DNA of 64,000 nucleotides from Nitrosopumilus sp. (GTDB lineage Archaea > Thermoproteota > Nitrososphaeria > Nitrososphaerales > Nitrosopumilaceae): positions 1,152,001 to 1,216,000 of the forward strand of contig OZ244651.1 in assembly GCA_965218695.1 (NCBI GenBank). Reading direction: 5' to 3'. Position 1 is the first letter of the stretch; every line of letters begins with the position of its first letter. The notes beneath the pieces were generated by a model, which made no database searches, was not told the origin of the DNA, and saw nothing but the letters and a program-made list of their open reading frames with translations. This document shows positions 61,737-64,000 of this stretch, piece after piece. A program made the translations under genes and the position numbers.

Positions 61737-62975
61737 TTAAATCTCTGTCATGCCTTGTATTAAATCATGCTCTGAGAGGCGCAGCAGCTCGTTGAGCTTT
61801 GCAACCCTCTCTCCTCCGACTATGCCGACCTTGAGCATCTTTGAACCCGTCGCTATGCCGATGTGGGATATGTGCCAGTCAGTCGACTCTCCGGACCTGT
61901 GTGAGGTGATTAGCTTGATGCCGTTCCTGTCTGCCATGCCTGCAAATTCCAGGGCATCGTACAGGGAGCCTGCCTGGTTCACCTTCAGGATTGCAGCGTT
62001 GCACGCTCCCATCTCTGCTGCCCTCTTGACTATGTCCCTGTTGGTGACAGTCAGGTCATCGCCTGTAACCATGACGTCTGGGAATCTCGAGGTGATCTCT
62101 GCCATGCCCTCAAAGGCCTCCTCGTGCACTGCGTCCTCTGCATAGGCAAGCTTGTACCTTCTTATGATGTCTGATGCAAAGTCTATCTGCTCTCCCGGGG
62201 TATTCTCAAATCCCGCCCTATCATAGACGTACACCCCCCTGTCCTGATTCCACTGGGTTGATGATGCAAAGTCCACGCCCAGCGAGACCTCTCTTCCCAG
62301 GGTGAATCCCAGGTTCTCGCACGCCTTTGCAGCAGATTCCAGTGCCTCCTCGTTGTTCATTCTTGGGGCCCATCCTCCCTCGTCACCCCTTCCGTTTGTA
62401 AAGCCGGGATCCCTCTTCTCCAGAATGTTGCGCAGCTCCCTGTGGACTGCCAGGTTAGTCTCTATGGCGCCTTGTATGTCCCTTGAGCCTGTCGCACATA
62501 CGAGGATCTCCTGTATGTCAGGCGTGCCCGGCCCTGCGTGCGCCCCGCCGCCAAGTATGTTTCCGAGCGGGAACGGAAACCTGAATGATGATCCTGAGGA
62601 TATGGTCTTGAACAGCGGCTCTCCTGCGGCCCGGGATGCAGACTCTGCTGATGCGATGGTGAGGGCAAACGCAAGCGCCCCGCCAACACCAGAGTAGTCC
62701 TTGGAGCTGTCGACGCCTTTGAGGGCATCATACACGGCCTTTGGGTCTGCCGGATCCAGTCCCAGAAACCTCTCAGAGTTGTCGCCCAGTACCCTGACGC
62801 TCTCCTCGGGGCCCCCCCTGGGAAAGCTGACTGCCTCGTGCATTCCCACGCTTGCGCCGGACGGGGCGCACACGCGTCCCAGAAACTTACCGTCTGACTC
62901 TACATCAACCTCTACAGTCTTGCTGCCCCTGCTGTTGTACAGGACACGTCCATTCACGGATGTGATTCCGGCCAA
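61737..62975 (-). CDS. eno: Enolase
   Basis: NSRG, PSGASVG, GDEGGW, TGDDL, SHRSGES. Confidence 0.96.
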   Translation of the reverse strand: MAGITSVNGRVLYNSRGSKTVEVDVESDGKFLGRVCAPSGASVGMHEAVSFPRGGPEESVRVLGDNSERFLGLDPADPKAVYDALKGVDSSKDYSGVGGALAFALTIASAESASRAAGEPLFKTISSGSSFRFPFPLGNILGGGAHAGPGTPDIQEILVCATGSRDIQGAIETNLAVHRELRNILEKRDPGFTNGRGDEGGWAPRMNNEEALESAAKACENLGFTLGREVSLGVDFASSTQWNQDRGVYVYDRAGFENTPGEQIDFASDIIRRYKLAYAEDAVHEEAFEGMAEITSRFPDVMVTGDDLTVTNRDIVKRAAEMGACNAAILKVNQAGSLYDALEFAGMADRNGIKLITSHRSGESTDWHISHIGIATGSKMLKVGIVGGERVAKLNELLRLSEHDLIQGMTEI

Positions 62976-62976
62976 G

Positions 62977-63213
62977 TTATTCTAGCTCTGCTTGGACTTC
63001 CTGCTTTCTTCTCTGAATTGCCTCGTAAAACGGAATCACCTGTCGAATGGTCTCGACGGTAGTCAGAAACATCCTCCTGCAACAGTACCTCTCAACACCC
63101 AGACTGTCAAGCACTATCTCGGGATCCTCCCTCTTGCTTACCCTGTCCTGATAATCCTCATACTTGTCAGCAATCAGCATTCCACATGTAAAACACCTGA
63201 CAGGAACTAGCAT
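62977..63213 (-). CDS. rpoN: RNA polymerase subunit N (Rpo10)
   Basis: PVRCFTCG, RYCCRRM. Confidence 0.96.
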   Translation of the reverse strand: MLVPVRCFTCGMLIADKYEDYQDRVSKREDPEIVLDSLGVERYCCRRMFLTTVETIRQVIPFYEAIQRRKQEVQAELE

Positions 63214-63264
63214 ACGCATGAGGATTAACCAAGGATTATAAAAACCATGCAAGGATCGTCTCTT

Positions 63265-63349
63265 GCGGGCGTTGCCCAGCCTGGCCAAAGGCGCTAGCTT
63301 GAGGGGCTAGTCTCTCAGGAGTTCGTGGGTTCAAATCCCATCGCCCGCA
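63265..63349 (+). tRNA. tRNA-Leu(GAG)
   Basis: GCGGGCG/CGCCCGC acceptor; CTAGC-TTGAGGG-GCTAG anticodon arm; long variable arm; GGTTCAAATCC. Confidence 0.95.
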
Positions 63350-63356
63350 TATACAC

Positions 63357-63968
63357 CTAGCCCGATTCCTGCAGGGCGCGGATCAGTTCTGCACGCCTGG
63401 TCTCCTCTGTTATGGCAGACCTTACATCCTCGACTAGGATCCTGTTGACGTCTATCTTTCTTCGAGACTCCTTGAGGACCTTGTCGTACATTGAAAACGT
63501 GTAGAGGTGAAGATACATCTCCTCCATTATCCCGAAGATCCTGGCCGCCTCGTCTGCCTTGCCGGTCCGAATGCTGTCCAGGATCATCCTCTTGAGCTCC
63601 CCGACGCAGTCCAGCAGCCCCAGCACGTATGACTCTGGCATTACCTTGAGGTTCTTGTCCGTGGGGATCCTCCTTTTCTGTGCTACGGCCAGAAGGCATG
63701 ATGCCTCTACAAGCTCCTGCTCGGGGGTGATGAGGTACCTCTTGAGCTCCCCTGTAGCCATCTTTCTGTACTCGGCTAACAGCGCGTCTGCCTTCTTCAG
63801 GCCCTCTTGTCCCTCCTGAAGGTCGCCCTTGTGGATTGCAATTATTGCCTTGCTGCACAAGGAGATCACCCCCCTGGTGTTCCCCAAAAGAAACTCCCTT
63901 GCCTCCTGAACCTTCTCCAGATGCTTTTCAATTCTGCCAAGCGCGGGTATTGCATTGCGCAGCGTCAT
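63357..63968 (-). CDS. Translin-family RNA-binding protein
   Basis: EQELVEA, YVLGLLDCVGELKR, RRKID. Confidence 0.88.
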   Translation of the reverse strand: MTLRNAIPALGRIEKHLEKVQEAREFLLGNTRGVISLCSKAIIAIHKGDLQEGQEGLKKADALLAEYRKMATGELKRYLITPEQELVEASCLLAVAQKRRIPTDKNLKVMPESYVLGLLDCVGELKRMILDSIRTGKADEAARIFGIMEEMYLHLYTFSMYDKVLKESRRKIDVNRILVEDVRSAITEETRRAELIRALQESG

Positions 63969-64000
63969 TGCGCAGGCATCCTGCGTGATTCTGCACTAGT

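Noticed and set aside
3850-63858. Numerous long antisense or alternate-frame ORFs in the track (e.g. 3850-4896, 17611-18735, 52389-53354)
   Set aside because: They shadow well-supported genes in GC-rich DNA and have no recognisable motifs.

Overview
Chromosomal window of an ammonia-oxidising archaeon (Nitrosopumilaceae-type thaumarchaeote). It is probably a host-associated symbiont; this is inferred from the TPR and DUF285 proteins and the heavy IS load. The core genes are urease (ureABC with a divergent ureE), Fur/Dps, ABCE1, 5S rRNA, pepA, a non-oxidative pentose-phosphate operon (tkt-rpe fusion, tkt, tal), corA, tRNA-His, tRNA-Leu and the rpoN-eno-rps2-mvk-ipk-idi-GGPPS-gltX cluster. About one third of the window (~21 kb by my boundaries) is insertion sequence: about 16 elements or remnants of the IS5, IS481-like, IS66, ISH3 and IS630 families. 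Most have readable inverted repeats and target-site duplications, and many are nested inside each other. The most unusual observations are: an IS66-type element with ~70-95 bp terminal inverted repeats and a long coiled-coil transposase; a precise 330-bp triplication of an IS66 left end that creates two self-contained 80-aa mini-genes; a Rieske protein knocked out twice but otherwise intact; IS insertions just upstream of TATA boxes; an unannotated 26-aa membrane peptide upstream of corA; and an RNase HIII-like gene. No CRISPR array was found. All family assignments come from motif recognition by eye, not from database searches.
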